From Verrucomicrobiota bacterium (GTDB lineage: Bacteria; Verrucomicrobiota; Verrucomicrobiia; Verrucomicrobiales; DEV007), in contig JASFYY010000020.1 in NCBI GenBank assembly GCA_045046875.1, positions 1 to 60,602 of the forward strand: DNA of 60,602 nt. The letters run 5' to 3'. The translations under genes were made by a program, and so were the position numbers. This document shows positions 27,635 to 38,427 of this stretch, piece after piece (positions within the stretch are counted from its first letter, which is position 1; every line of letters begins with the position of its first letter). The notes below the pieces were generated by a model. That model had not been told where the DNA came from. It ran no database searches and saw only the letters and a list, made by a program, of their open reading frames with translations.

Positions 27635-28309
27635 TCAGCTCCCGAAAATCCGGTGCAGCCACCCGGCTTTTTTTGCAATTCCCGGATTGTAAGTATAAGC
27701 CTTTTCCGATTGCAGATACTCAGCGATTTTGAGCGAAAATTCTATCCGCTTCATTTTAGCCCGCAACCTGCTAAGCGGGTGATCACTGAACATTTCATCA
27801 TATTTTACATTCTCGGACAAATTCCAGCGAAACCCTCTTGTGATTTCACTGTCATATGGATCATGCGCCCAACCTTTATTGCAGCTTTTGATGAGCCCTT
27901 CATTCAAAACCATTTCCAACACCACCGCATCACGCATGCCAGTGACACCGTCCTCGATACACTGGATCTTAACCACGAAACTAAAATTATGGTATGGAAT
28001 GGTAAAGGAGCCAACATAGGTCATTCCTTTAGGTTGCTGAGGAACCTTAATGATCGTTTTCACAACCCGTTGTTTGTCCAGCACCACCGAATCCACTTCA
28101 ATGACCGCGCAGCCTGAAGCCAAGGCAAATTGACGATAATATTCACGAAGCGCTTGCACATCATCAGGGGCAGCACCTATATCCGGTGTCAACTCAAATA
28201 GATAGAGCCAAAGACCGTCACCTCGCAAGTCGTGCCATACCCGAGGCGACTCCGAATCCTGTCGCTCCCATGACGAAGCATCAAAAGTAACATCATTGAG
28301 AGTTGGCAT
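27635..28309 (-). CDS. Hypothetical protein
   Basis: 224 aa soluble ORF, GVTGMRDAVV, GWAHDPYD, DHPLSRLR, KKAGWLHRIFG tail. Confidence 0.7.
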   Translation of the reverse strand: MPTLNDVTFDASSWERQDSESPRVWHDLRGDGLWLYLFELTPDIGAAPDDVQALREYYRQFALASGCAVIEVDSVVLDKQRVVKTIIKVPQQPKGMTYVGSFTIPYHNFSFVVKIQCIEDGVTGMRDAVVLEMVLNEGLIKSCNKGWAHDPYDSEITRGFRWNLSENVKYDEMFSDHPLSRLRAKMKRIEFSLKIAEYLQSEKAYTYNPGIAKKAGWLHRIFGS

Positions 28310-28428
28310 ATCCGAAAAAAAACTAACTCCCGAATCAGATTGATATCAAGTTCTGTATTGCATCCCCACTTCTCAAAAAAATACCATCCGCAAACCTTTG
28401 TGGAATTTGACGCAAGACCGTCCATTAA

Positions 28429-28794
28429 TCACCCTCCCACCACCCTAATCATAGATGACGGAAGTGGATCTGCTGCGAGCCTGGACACGTGCATTGCCGA
28501 GTAAGAAAGATACGCCAACACAATCAGCATCACCAAACACGCTGGAACCAATGCCAATGATTCCATTCCATCAGACCCTTCTCGGCTCCAAACAATCAAC
28601 ATCAGCACAAAAAAAGCCACCGGCACCAGTAGTATTGCCAAACTAAGATACCCAAAAAGTGAAACAACTCCCTGCGGGGGCAGTCCCTTGTAGGCCATCT
28701 TGTTCACAAACCCAAAGAGCAAAGTGCATGCGCCAATCCATGCGAACATAAATACCGTCACTCGAGCTGATGCTATGGGAATCATAGAATACAT
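28429..28794 (-). CDS. Hypothetical membrane protein (3 TM)
   Basis: 121 aa with three hydrophobic segments. Confidence 0.55.
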   Translation of the reverse strand: MYSMIPIASARVTVFMFAWIGACTLLFGFVNKMAYKGLPPQGVVSLFGYLSLAILLVPVAFFVLMLIVWSREGSDGMESLALVPACLVMLIVLAYLSYSAMHVSRLAADPLPSSMIRVVGG

Positions 28795-28939
28795 CCTGAG
28801 CGAACTCGTTACTGTTGTCTAGCTAATTACCCCCCTCTGCCCGCCTAGCTAACTAGTTTCCAAGCCTGTCGCTCATCACTGTCAAAATATCTCAGCACAT
28901 CGCGTTCAGCGCATAATACTCCACCTTCCAATGATTTCC

Positions 28940-29431
28940 TCAATGCCCAAGGTCATCGTCCTCTTCATAGTTCCCATAAGCATCTACCCATAAATCCTCA
29001 AATGACCCATAGCTCAAATCCTGATCTTCTCCGCAGGCGCTTAATACTTCTGAAGCCAGTTTACGAACCAGCTTCCACTCATGAGCACTGCGCAATCCGT
29101 GTTTGGTGTAATTAAAATCACGATCTTCTGCCGAGATCAACCGTAATACCGTATTGAGGTAAGGACTTGTTTTCCACAGAGGGTGATTTCTGTCCGCATG
29201 CATCTCTGCAGTGACCCCTGATCTCTCAAACCAAGTATCGATCCCTTCGCAACCGCCTGAATCAATATCATCAATCACATTGATGGTTTTCCGATACAAT
29301 ACCATCATACGATAAACATTATTTTTCTTGGCTGACTCATCCACAACTAAATTTTCCGGAATGGGCTCAAGAAATAAAATTTGCACTGCCGGCGCTGCAG
29401 CTAGCACCCGAATTATTTCAAAAATTTTCAT
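28940..29431 (-). CDS. Hypothetical acidic protein
   Basis: 163 aa, 4-nt overlap with the upstream ORF. Confidence 0.6.
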   Translation of the reverse strand: MKIFEIIRVLAAAPAVQILFLEPIPENLVVDESAKKNNVYRMMVLYRKTINVIDDIDSGGCEGIDTWFERSGVTAEMHADRNHPLWKTSPYLNTVLRLISAEDRDFNYTKHGLRSAHEWKLVRKLASEVLSACGEDQDLSYGSFEDLWVDAYGNYEEDDDLGH

Positions 29432-29946
29432 CGCCCGCTTTCCTTTTCATTCTCCCAACCACACGCCAGCATCACTTGTTCACGCATCTCCTCCTTCATG
29501 TGAGGAAGCAATACCTTAGTCGTAAAATGCCCTTGAAAAACGCCACCCTCACAATACGACCAATCCGAAATGCGGTTCTCTTCCACCACCACTTCATCCC
29601 CCAGTTTGATGCCAGGAATGTTATTGGGATCATTCGCCAACAGCCCTTTTAATCCCCTCGCCTCCAGAGATAAATCAGAAACCCAAATGTGCTCATCGCC
29701 CAAATCAGTTGGAAAAGCGACTTTAACCGAAAATTCGGTTAACTCTTCTGAATGACCTTCCATAATGCGAAAAAAGCCAGGCAATGACTCCCTGGCTTTT
29801 TTCTTAGCGGCCAGCATCTCAGGATGATCATCAGGGAGCCCCACCAGATCTGAACGCCCTACAATCAACCACAGAATAAGACGGAATGGCAACAGTATTA
29901 TATTGAACAAAAACTTCACAAGCTTGTTACACGTAAAGAGATTCAC
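29428..29946 (-). CDS. DUF2314/YegJ-like protein
   Basis: DHPEMLAAKKKARESL, SVKVAF, EHIWV, GLLANDP, RISDW, GHFT. Confidence 0.75.
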   Translation of the reverse strand: MNLFTCNKLVKFLFNIILLPFRLILWLIVGRSDLVGLPDDHPEMLAAKKKARESLPGFFRIMEGHSEELTEFSVKVAFPTDLGDEHIWVSDLSLEARGLKGLLANDPNNIPGIKLGDEVVVEENRISDWSYCEGGVFQGHFTTKVLLPHMKEEMREQVMLACGWENEKESGR

Positions 29947-29955
29947 CTCCCCGCA

Positions 29956-30972
29956 TCAATTGTCATCAGGATCGTCATAACCATACACATCCGCTTCGAT
30001 CGGCGCGTCCACCGAGATGATTTTCTCCAGCTTCAATTCCGGGTACTCGACCACTACCTTTTGAAAAAACTGTTCCGTGTCTTCACTCTCGGCCAATAAC
30101 TCCCGCAAGCGCTTTTCTTTCACAAAATCAATGTGGTCAAAAGTCATTTCAATATATTGACAGAACCCGTTCTTTTCAAAACGCGGGTGGTAGATGAAAA
30201 GACTGCATTCATACTTCGTCCAAACTCGAGCACTGATCTCGTCACTTTCTTCAAGACTCTCCGAGATCTCATTTTCGATATGTTGCAGATGTTCTCCGAC
30301 CATATCAGAATACGCTAAAAGTAGATTTTTCTCCTTTGCGTGCTTTGACCAACGCTTCATATAATCCTCTATGCCATCTTGCCACAATGGCCGCCCGTTG
30401 GATTCGTAAGATTGCTGGATATCCTTGTTGATAGAATCTTGCAAGTAAGCGGTGAACTCCTCCTCTGGAACCGCGATCAACGAGGCGTCAGAAATCAATT
30501 GATTGAATTTTTCGTAAAGTTCGGCGGGTCGCGCATGAGCACACCCTTCGATGATTTTATTTGGCTTGATCGAATAAAGCTCACTCAAAGCATGATTGGT
30601 CATATTTAAGCTGATTCCGTCAACGGTCTCCGCGCAAAATTCAGCTATCACCTCTTGTGGCGTGTGATAAACCCCCGCAATCTGATCCCTAGCTTCGTTA
30701 GTGAGAATAAGCGTTTTCGTACCTCCCAAAATGGATTTATACACCTTAGCCTGTTTGAAGCCGAGTTCACCAAACTCCTCCACCAGTTTCTGAACCTCAG
30801 GCTCAGTGACCCATTTGGCATCAGGGTCTTCTTCCAACTCTACCCGAGTTAAGGATTCCCCTGCAAATTTTCCAATACGCTTCCACCACCACCGAATCAA
30901 AAAATAACCGAGCAACAACAGCGCCGCCACGACAATAAAAACAATACCAAGTATTTTGAGCAATAGACCCAT
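29956..30972 (-). CDS. Hypothetical protein with N-terminal membrane anchor
   Basis: 338 aa, TM followed by RWWWKR, acidic soluble domain. Confidence 0.7.
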   Translation of the reverse strand: MGLLLKILGIVFIVVAALLLLGYFLIRWWWKRIGKFAGESLTRVELEEDPDAKWVTEPEVQKLVEEFGELGFKQAKVYKSILGGTKTLILTNEARDQIAGVYHTPQEVIAEFCAETVDGISLNMTNHALSELYSIKPNKIIEGCAHARPAELYEKFNQLISDASLIAVPEEEFTAYLQDSINKDIQQSYESNGRPLWQDGIEDYMKRWSKHAKEKNLLLAYSDMVGEHLQHIENEISESLEESDEISARVWTKYECSLFIYHPRFEKNGFCQYIEMTFDHIDFVKEKRLRELLAESEDTEQFFQKVVVEYPELKLEKIISVDAPIEADVYGYDDPDDN

Positions 30973-31230
30973 GTTGACTATTTTAGAAGATTAAGATTAA
31001 CTATATGAACTGGAGTTTTTAGCCATGCATAAGTTGTGTGTCCAGACTTTTTTCTAATTTCACCTATTCCCTACTAGCTACAATATTCAGCGGGCAGTGA
31101 AACAAGAGGGGCGTAGCTCCCAAGAATACCTAGTCCCTCACACGGCGATTCAACATCTTCGAAATCGTTGGGACAAACCGGCCACGCTCTGGAAATATTC
31201 ATCACATTTTCTTCATCAACGTAATCGAGC

Positions 31231-31659
31231 TCACACAGCGACTTCTATCAACTCTTCATATCTCTCGAACAAGGTAATAAATTCACCATCAAAAGGGCGG
31301 TCATTAAGCAACATTTCGCCCCACTCCACCATCATAACATCATAGAAAATCGCTTCTTCAGTCCATTCATTAATCCCATATTCAGGCATAGGAGAAATCG
31401 GCATCGAGATCATCAAAGTTCTTCCTTCCTTAATCACCCATTCGGTTCTTGTTGGGGCTTCAGCAGTATTCTCATCAAATCTACCTTCTATATCAGGGTA
31501 CCCCCACCTGGCTCTACCGTCAGGATACAACCACAATTCCTTCCTCTGCTCAACTTGCTCAACAGAAAGCGTCTTGATCGATCCTCCCGATAAAACACTG
31601 CGCCATTTGCCCGTCATTCGCTGATCACGTTCTTCCAGTTGTGTAGCTTCAAATCCCAT
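31231..31659 (-). CDS. Hypothetical protein
   Basis: 142 aa acidic ORF, GGGAG RBS just before the ATG. Confidence 0.6.
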   Translation of the reverse strand: MGFEATQLEERDQRMTGKWRSVLSGGSIKTLSVEQVEQRKELWLYPDGRARWGYPDIEGRFDENTAEAPTRTEWVIKEGRTLMISMPISPMPEYGINEWTEEAIFYDVMMVEWGEMLLNDRPFDGEFITLFERYEELIEVAV

Positions 31660-31663
31660 CTCC

Positions 31664-32851
31664 CTATGCTCTAATTTTTAAATCCGTCGATTGAGTAAAC
31701 TGACCTTTTTCTGGATTCTCCAGCGGAATTATAGTCATGTTGATTTTGCCATCTCCCGCTTTCACCGCGAAGGGAGCCTTCTCCAAATCACCCAAAGGGT
31801 TTACATGAATTGTCGCACGACTCTCTGCCTCCATATATTTTTTATAATACTTAGCAAAATCCCTCGTTAAATCAGGTTCTCCCACTCCTGCTGGAATACT
31901 ATAATCCGGAAATTTTGCTAGCCAATATACCCCCTCTTGATCTTCACATTTCTCTAGATAAACCTCATTTCTTTCAAACTGTCCTTCCCCTTTTTTTCCA
32001 GATTTACAGCACGCCTTTCCAAGAGCTACTGCTTTTACCTCTACCAATCCTTCTTTCATTGCTTCCCCAGCCAACACTACCATAATTCCCACGCCTGCTC
32101 CCCCGGTGTTCTTGATCGATAGGCCAATTTGTAGCATATCACCAACAGCCACCACTCTTCCAGGGGTAAGCGTATCCCAGGTGAATGCGGGTAATCCGCT
32201 CAATTTTTCCTCGTAGGGTACTTGCTTTTTTGATCGGAAAAAAAGACGGTTTATTTCATACACATCTCCCACATCAGCCAAATCTCCGCAGTTCAAAAAA
32301 ACAAGATCCTCGTTAAACCCCATAATTGAGCAATACTCCGATAAAACATCCTCTGCAAAAACGGTTTCCTGGTTTAGTGATTGAAGATCATTGATCAACT
32401 TTCCTGGCGACAGAAGCGTCTCCCATCCCCTGGCTTTAAACGCCTCTACCTCTCTTTCCTCATGGCTTCCATCAGTCACCTGCTCGAAGTAATTGGGGTT
32501 ACTGTTGAAAAAATCAGCCCTTTCCCCTTTTTGATATAGGCCTGTCACAAACACATCACTGTCATGCACCAGCACAGGTACGGCGTAAACACTGCCGTGT
32601 TTTGTGATTCCCTTGGCCAAATCCTCTACCAGACTATAATCCTGGCTCTCCATATGCTCATCAAATACAGTAAGCCAGCCCCCGTTACGATCAAAAGCTA
32701 CAATGACCGTTCTGTCGTCATCGCTCCCGTTTTCCACATAATCAAACTCCTTCGACAAATGCTCCTTAATTTTTGTGACTAGGAATTCTGCAGCCTCTTT
32801 TACCGGCTTTCCAGAAACCTTAACCTGAATATTTGTGATAAAAGAGCCCAT
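31664..32851 (-). CDS. Hypothetical protein
   Basis: 395 aa, MGSFITNIQV, GWLTVFD, VLVHDSD. Confidence 0.7.
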   Translation of the reverse strand: MGSFITNIQVKVSGKPVKEAAEFLVTKIKEHLSKEFDYVENGSDDDRTVIVAFDRNGGWLTVFDEHMESQDYSLVEDLAKGITKHGSVYAVPVLVHDSDVFVTGLYQKGERADFFNSNPNYFEQVTDGSHEEREVEAFKARGWETLLSPGKLINDLQSLNQETVFAEDVLSEYCSIMGFNEDLVFLNCGDLADVGDVYEINRLFFRSKKQVPYEEKLSGLPAFTWDTLTPGRVVAVGDMLQIGLSIKNTGGAGVGIMVVLAGEAMKEGLVEVKAVALGKACCKSGKKGEGQFERNEVYLEKCEDQEGVYWLAKFPDYSIPAGVGEPDLTRDFAKYYKKYMEAESRATIHVNPLGDLEKAPFAVKAGDGKINMTIIPLENPEKGQFTQSTDLKIRA

Positions 32852-33069
32852 ATTTTGTCACAAAGAGCATCCCTGAAAAACTCTTGTTCTTCAATCCAAA
32901 TCTCAATCTTCGTAGCACCCCTCACACAGCCTCCGCGTGGAATACCATACAAAATACATATTCCAGTATTCAAGATAACCACTCAGGTAATGCAGGAATT
33001 CTGAACAAGGCCTTGTCTGACAGGGCAGATTTACTGCCAAAGGTTAAATTCGGCTTATGCTTACCCGCG

Positions 33070-33144
33070 GGCAAGCGAATCGCTCGCCCTACAATAATCG
33101 TTATACATTGGAGTCCCTATTGTAGAGCGGCCGCTCCGGTTGCC
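33070..33144. repeat. Inverted REP doublet, family B copy 2
   Basis: GGCAAGCGAATCGCTCGCCCTACA (33070-33093) and TGTAGAGCGGCCGCTCCGGTTGCC (33121-33144). Each arm differs by one base from the 14919-14981 copy. Confidence 0.75.
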
Positions 33145-33210
33145 TATTTCTCCCCCAGAGACTTTGCATCGCTCGATCACAATTTGATTAAGCCAAAATG
33201 AAGTGACTAA

Positions 33211-33235
33211 TCATGGGCTGGAAAGCCCATGTTAC
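33211..33235 (-). repeat. REP-like hairpin, family C
   Basis: Minus strand GTAACATGGGCTTTCCAGCCCATGA, stem CATGGGCT/AGCCCATG, just after the map stop. Confidence 0.55.
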
Positions 33236-33239
33236 AAAA

Positions 33240-34046
33240 CTACGCCATTACCGACTTCGCCAGGGTCAAATTCGGCACGCTGCGTTCCCGCGCCGTGAGA
33301 ATTTCCGGCTGGTCATCGGTGATCAAAACGGTGTGTTCAAAGTGGGCCGATAAAGAGCGGTCCGCGGTTTCCACCGTCCATTGATCGTCCAAAACGCGCA
33401 CATCCGGCCCTCCGGCGTTCACCATCGGTTCGATCGCCAGGATCATGCCAGCGCGTAACCGCGGCCCTTTACCCATTGAGCTTTTGTCCCAATGATTGGG
33501 AACCTGTGGCTCTTCATGTAAATTTTTTCCCACCCCGTGGCCGACAAACTCCTTCACCACGGTAAAACTAAAAGTATCAATGCATTTTTCCACCGCCCCA
33601 CACAACTGAGCCAGACGCACCCCGTCACGCGCTTGATCGATTGCCGCCTGCAAAGATTCTTCGGTAGCATACAGCAGACGCTCGACTTCAGGCTCCATCG
33701 CCCCCACTGGAATCGTTTTTGCGTTATCACCCACCCAGCCATCCTTGATGATGCCCACGTCCAGTTTGACAATATCGCCGTATTGGATCACCCGCTCTCC
33801 GCCGATGCCATGCACCACCTCTTCGTTCATCGAAATGCAGGTGTAACCGGGAAAACCGCGATAACCCAAAAAAGCACTCACACAACCACGCTCGGCGATG
33901 AACTGCGCGGCGGCCTCATCCACTTCGCCGGTTGTTACACCCGGTCGAATCTCCTTGGCGGTCAACTTCAGTACCTCGGCAGCGATCTCCCCTGCTCGAC
34001 GCATGTAGTCCAGTTGGCGTCCTTTGCGAATCGGTATGGCACTCAT
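33240..34046 (-). CDS. map: Methionine aminopeptidase type I
   Basis: NEEVVHG, GHGVG..LHEEP, AIEPM, SAHFEHT. Confidence 0.96.
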   Translation of the reverse strand: MSAIPIRKGRQLDYMRRAGEIAAEVLKLTAKEIRPGVTTGEVDEAAAQFIAERGCVSAFLGYRGFPGYTCISMNEEVVHGIGGERVIQYGDIVKLDVGIIKDGWVGDNAKTIPVGAMEPEVERLLYATEESLQAAIDQARDGVRLAQLCGAVEKCIDTFSFTVVKEFVGHGVGKNLHEEPQVPNHWDKSSMGKGPRLRAGMILAIEPMVNAGGPDVRVLDDQWTVETADRSLSAHFEHTVLITDDQPEILTARERSVPNLTLAKSVMA

Positions 34047-34097
34047 TCCCCTGATCTCCTCCCTGACATTTCACCCGTTCACCTTAATTACCCAACA

Positions 34098-35600
34098 TCA
34101 GCCTTTTGCCACTATTGAATAAGTCACCCCAACGATGACCAAAATCGCCACCACCAAATAAAGCCACACCATGCCGCTGCCTGAAGCTACGGCGGTTCCT
34201 GAATTGCGATCAAAACGTCCACGGATTTTTCCCTTACGCAGGAAGCCGTCATAATGGCGTTGAATCAAATGAGTCTCTATCTGGCGCATGATGTCCAACA
34301 ACACGCCGACCAAAATTAGCAAACTGGTTCCACCGAAAAACTGCGCCGCTTGAAAAGGAACTCCCATCTGGCGACTCAACATGCTCGGCAATACCGCGAT
34401 AATGGTGAGGAAGATCGCTCCAGCAAAAGTCAGGCGACTCATCGTGCGGTCAAGAAACTCAGCCGTAGGCTTGCCCGGACGCACACCCGGCAAATAACCG
34501 CCGTTGCGCTTGAGATCTTCCGCGATCTGATTGGGCTGGAACATGGTCGCCACCCAGAAGTATGAGAAAAAGAAAATCATCAGCGCTGACAAGGTGTAAT
34601 ACAACCAACCACTGCCACCGAGATTAGCCGCCAGTTTATTGGCCCATGCCGCATCAGGGAAAGCAAACATCAAAATCTGTGAAGGGAACAACAGGATGGC
34701 CTGGGCAAAAATGATCGGCATCACACCCGCGTAGTTGACCTTCAAAGGCATGTATTGAGTCTGGCCCCCATAAACCTTGCGCCCCACCACTCGTTTGGCG
34801 TAGTGCACACTGAGCCGTCGCTGCGCCTGGGTAATCGAGATCACTCCAGCGATCACAAAAAACAGAAAGGCAATCAAGGCCACCAACATCAGTGGTTTCA
34901 TTGGATCCTCCGCAGCCCCCTCGACAAAAGTCACATAAACCTGACCCAAAGCCGCAGGCAAAGCGGAAATGATATTAGCCGTGATGATCAAGGAGATACC
35001 ATTGCCGATACCGCGATCCGTTATCTGGTCACCCATCCACATCAGCAACAAGGTGCCTGCAGTGATCACGATAATCGTAACCAAAATAAAGGCCGTGCCT
35101 CCGTCCGGCACCAGTTCCCGCGTATCATTCTGATCAATAATCCCTCGCAGCAAAAAGTTCGACTGCGGGTTGATCAAAGATTTGGCCAGCATGTAACCCT
35201 GGAAAACACACAATATGATCGCGACATAACGCGTATACATACTGATTTTCTGACGTCCACCCTCTTCACGTGAGAGCTTGCCCAGGCTTGGCACTACTGC
35301 CGTCATCAACTGCATCATGATCGAAGCACTGATGTAGGGCATGATACCCAAAGCAAAAACCGCGCAGTTTTGCAAACCGCCGCCACTAAAAACATTCATC
35401 AAAGCTGCCATCGCAGCCACCCCTTGGCTTTCCCCCGCTTTTTCAACGCCTTCTTTCAACCAAGCTTGCAACACCGTTACATCAACTCCTGGAAGAGTGA
35501 TCGACGCACCGAGCCGGATAATCACCAGCATCAACAGCGTAAACATAATACGCTGCCGCAGCTCGGGAATTTTAAAGGAGTTTGTAAATGCGGATATCAT
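34098..35600 (-). CDS. secY: Preprotein translocase SecY
   Basis: LGIMPYISASI, GIGNGISL, AGVMPIIFA, PGVRPG, FGGTSLLI. Confidence 0.97.
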   Translation of the reverse strand: MISAFTNSFKIPELRQRIMFTLLMLVIIRLGASITLPGVDVTVLQAWLKEGVEKAGESQGVAAMAALMNVFSGGGLQNCAVFALGIMPYISASIMMQLMTAVVPSLGKLSREEGGRQKISMYTRYVAIILCVFQGYMLAKSLINPQSNFLLRGIIDQNDTRELVPDGGTAFILVTIIVITAGTLLLMWMGDQITDRGIGNGISLIITANIISALPAALGQVYVTFVEGAAEDPMKPLMLVALIAFLFFVIAGVISITQAQRRLSVHYAKRVVGRKVYGGQTQYMPLKVNYAGVMPIIFAQAILLFPSQILMFAFPDAAWANKLAANLGGSGWLYYTLSALMIFFFSYFWVATMFQPNQIAEDLKRNGGYLPGVRPGKPTAEFLDRTMSRLTFAGAIFLTIIAVLPSMLSRQMGVPFQAAQFFGGTSLLILVGVLLDIMRQIETHLIQRHYDGFLRKGKIRGRFDRNSGTAVASGSGMVWLYLVVAILVIVGVTYSIVAKG

Positions 35601-35695
35601 CTTGGTAACTTAGGTCAGAAGTCAAAAATACAGAATAGGCGCGAGCTTTTAAGAACCCTCGGTCCAAAGCTCATACGCCGTCAGCTCACGAATCA

Positions 35696-36142
35696 CTAGG
35701 CCGAAACGATTTCGCCACCAGCTTTCTCGATTTTTTCACGTGCTGTAGCAGAAATCTTGTCTGCTTGCACTTTCAGCTTCTTCGACAAATCTCCGTCACC
35801 CAGAATTTTCACTCCGGTTTGCGTGCCTTTCACCAATCCCACCGCTCTCAGAGCCGCTTCGTCGACATTCGCACCAGCTTCGAAGAACACTTCCAAGTCA
35901 GACACATTCAGAATCGCATAAACTTCCTTATGCCGTCCGTTGGTGAATCCTTTTTTAGGCAAACGACGAGCGATAGGCATCTGCCCACCCTCGAAACCAG
36001 GCCGGATCGAAGCTCCCGAACGGGATTTCTGTCCTTTGTGACCTTTGCCAGATGTTTTGCCTTTACCAGAGCTTTCGCCACAGCCGAGACGCTTACGGCG
36101 ATGTTTGGTGCCGTGTTTTGGTTTTAAATCGTTTAGTCGCAT
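35696..36142 (-). CDS. rplO: 50S ribosomal protein L15
   Basis: GKTSGKGHKGQKSRSG, FEGGQMP. Confidence 0.97.
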   Translation of the reverse strand: MRLNDLKPKHGTKHRRKRLGCGESSGKGKTSGKGHKGQKSRSGASIRPGFEGGQMPIARRLPKKGFTNGRHKEVYAILNVSDLEVFFEAGANVDEAALRAVGLVKGTQTGVKILGDGDLSKKLKVQADKISATAREKIEKAGGEIVSA

Positions 36143-36196
36143 GATGGTCGAATTCCTCCAGCTTAATAGTTCAAATTTATCGCAATCAAACCGGCC

Positions 36197-36976
36197 TTAC
36201 AGCGCGGCGTTTTCCTTAATCTTTTTCCCACGCAGTTTCCAGATCTGCTCTTTGGTGCGCAAAGACTGAAGCGCTTTCAAAGTCGCTTTGACGACATTGT
36301 TGTGATTGTTGGATCCCATCGATTTGGCCAATACATCCTTGATACCTGCCGCTTCCACCACCGCGCGAACTCCGCCACCGGCGATGATTCCCGTTCCCGG
36401 AGAAGCCGGACGAAGCATTACCCGACCGCCACCAAACTCACCAATCACCGCATGGGGGATGGTATTGCCTTTCAGCGCGACGGGCACCATTGATCTTTTA
36501 GAGATTTCGCTGCCTTTACGAATGCAATCCGCCACTTCGTTGGCTTTACCAAAACCGTAACCCACATTGCCTTTTTGATCACCACTGACCACCAATGCGC
36601 TGAAGCTGAAACGACGTCCACCTTTCACCACTTTAGCACAACGGTTGATGAAGACCACTTTCTCCATCAGTTCCTCTTCTTCGTCCTCCGTCTGGTATTG
36701 TTTGAGTTTTTCCTCTGCTTTTTTCAGCACTGCTGAAGCAGGTTTCTCGGCAGGATCCTTTTTTTCCTCCTTGGCCGCAGGCGCTGCTTCTTCGGCAGGC
36801 TTTTCCTCGGTTTTTTCCTCGGTTTTCGCCTCAGCTGCCGGAGCCTCTGCTGCTACTTCCTTCTCAGGAGTCACTTCAGCTTTCGCTTCAGGTTTTTGCT
36901 GTTCCGCAGTCTCAGCCACTTCAGCTTTGACCTCTTTTTCGGACTCTTCCGGTTTATTGGTATCGTTATCGCTCAT
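36197..36976 (-). CDS. rpsE: 30S ribosomal protein S5 with long acidic N-terminal extension
   Basis: [34 protein letters not shown]. Confidence 0.96.
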   Translation of the reverse strand: MSDNDTNKPEESEKEVKAEVAETAEQQKPEAKAEVTPEKEVAAEAPAAEAKTEEKTEEKPAEEAAPAAKEEKKDPAEKPASAVLKKAEEKLKQYQTEDEEEELMEKVVFINRCAKVVKGGRRFSFSALVVSGDQKGNVGYGFGKANEVADCIRKGSEISKRSMVPVALKGNTIPHAVIGEFGGGRVMLRPASPGTGIIAGGGVRAVVEAAGIKDVLAKSMGSNNHNNVVKATLKALQSLRTKEQIWKLRGKKIKENAAL

Positions 36977-36994
36977 TACCCTTATTAACTAAAA

Positions 36995-37351
36995 TTAAAA
37001 TCCCAAACCTGCCTCGCGTGCCGCGTCGGCCAAGGCTTTCACTTTGCCATGATAAATAAAACCACCGCGATCAAAAACCACTTCTTTGATTTTTGCTGCT
37101 TTAGCGCGTCCGGCGATTTCCTCGCCGACTTTGGTCGCCGAAGCCACACTCGCTCCAGCCACACCCACCGCTTTGTCGCGAGTCGAAACTGCAGCAAGCG
37201 TATTGCCCGCTGTGTCGTCGATCAATTGGGCGTAAACATTTTTATTGGAAAAATACACCGACAAACGAGGACGTTGTGCGGTTCCGGATATTTTTCGGCG
37301 AATGCGTTTGTGCATCCGGTTGCGCGCGTGATGGCGATTAAATTGGCTCAT
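36995..37351 (-). CDS. rplR: 50S ribosomal protein L18
   Basis: [26 protein letters not shown]. Confidence 0.97.
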   Translation of the reverse strand: MSQFNRHHARNRMHKRIRRKISGTAQRPRLSVYFSNKNVYAQLIDDTAGNTLAAVSTRDKAVGVAGASVASATKVGEEIAGRAKAAKIKEVVFDRGGFIYHGKVKALADAAREAGLGF

Positions 37352-37354
37352 GAT

Positions 37355-37387
37355 TGCTAAATGCTAAATTCTAACTGCTAAATTCTA
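37355..37387 (+). repeat. Heptamer short tandem repeat
   Basis: TGCTAAA-TGCTAAA-TTCTAAC-TGCTAAA-TTCTA between rplF and rplR. Confidence 0.65.
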
Positions 37388-37399
37388 TGTGCAACTATT

Positions 37400-37936
37400 T
37401 TACTGCACGCTCTTACCTGCTTTACGACGCACGTGTTCACCAACATAACGCACCCCTTTGCCTTTATAAGGCTCTGGTGGATAATACGCACGCACATGAG
37501 CGGCAAACTGCCCCACCTGTTGTTTGTCGATGCCCTCAACTTTGATCTTGGTATTGTCAGCCACCGTCACGGTCAGCTCATCCGGAATCGGATGCTCCAG
37601 CGGGTGGGAAAAACCCAAACTCAAGTCCAAAAACTTGCCTTTCACGGCTGCACGAAAACCCACTCCCTGGATTTCCAGCTCCTTAACAAAGCCGGTCGAA
37701 ACCCCCTCCATCATGTTCGCTACCAGACTGCGAGCGAGACCGTGCAAAGCACGCACCTTGCGATCCTCATTGGCGCGAACCAAGGTCACTTCGCCGTCTT
37801 TTTGCTCCAGTGAGATGCCCTCGGGCAGATCCCATTCAAGCTTTCCTTTCGGCCCTTCGACCACCACGTGAGATTCACTCACGGCGACCGTTACCTTCTC
37901 CGGCACACTGATCAATTTATTCCCTATTCGCGACAT
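37400..37936 (-). CDS. rplF: 50S ribosomal protein L6
   Basis: MSRIG, GPKG, PPEPYKGKGVRY. Confidence 0.97.
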   Translation of the reverse strand: MSRIGNKLISVPEKVTVAVSESHVVVEGPKGKLEWDLPEGISLEQKDGEVTLVRANEDRKVRALHGLARSLVANMMEGVSTGFVKELEIQGVGFRAAVKGKFLDLSLGFSHPLEHPIPDELTVTVADNTKIKVEGIDKQQVGQFAAHVRAYYPPEPYKGKGVRYVGEHVRRKAGKSVQ

Positions 37937-37978
37937 GACTGTTTGTGTTTGATATAAAATCGTTGCTGCTGGTAAGAT

Positions 37979-38377
37979 CTACCAGACAAAAGCTATTACT
38001 TCTCCGCCGAGATTCTCTTTTTTCGCCTTATGACCGGCCATCAGCCCCTTGGAGGTGGAAAGAATCGAAATACCCATTCCGTTGAGAACTTTAGGAATCT
38101 CTCCCGCCGCCGAATATTGGCGCAAACCAGGTCGACTGACTCTCTTCAAATCGGTCAAAGCCGGAGTATTGTCAACATACTTTGGTTTCACCCGGATTTC
38201 AGGATACTTGCCATCGTTGTCGATTTCATAGCCCCAGATATATCCTTCTTCTTTCAGGATACGGGCGATGTCCGCTTTGATTTTTGAAAACGGTGCGTTG
38301 AATTCTTCTTTCTGCGCACGAGTCGCATTTTTAAACCGAGTCAAAAAATCGGCGATTGGGTCAGTGAGAACAGCCAT
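37979..38377 (-). CDS. rpsH: 30S ribosomal protein S8
   Basis: TDPIADFLTR, VSRPGLR, STSKG, GGEV. Confidence 0.97.
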   Translation of the reverse strand: MAVLTDPIADFLTRFKNATRAQKEEFNAPFSKIKADIARILKEEGYIWGYEIDNDGKYPEIRVKPKYVDNTPALTDLKRVSRPGLRQYSAAGEIPKVLNGMGISILSTSKGLMAGHKAKKENLGGEVIAFVW

Positions 38378-38427
38378 AATACTTTCTAGTTAGCTTTTTA
38401 AATAAAGTGTCTGAGTTTGGATACCGA

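Noticed and set aside
27068..33235. Integron cassette array or prophage
   Set aside because: No integrase, no recognisable attC (RYYYAAC...GTTRRRY) pairs and no phage genes were seen.
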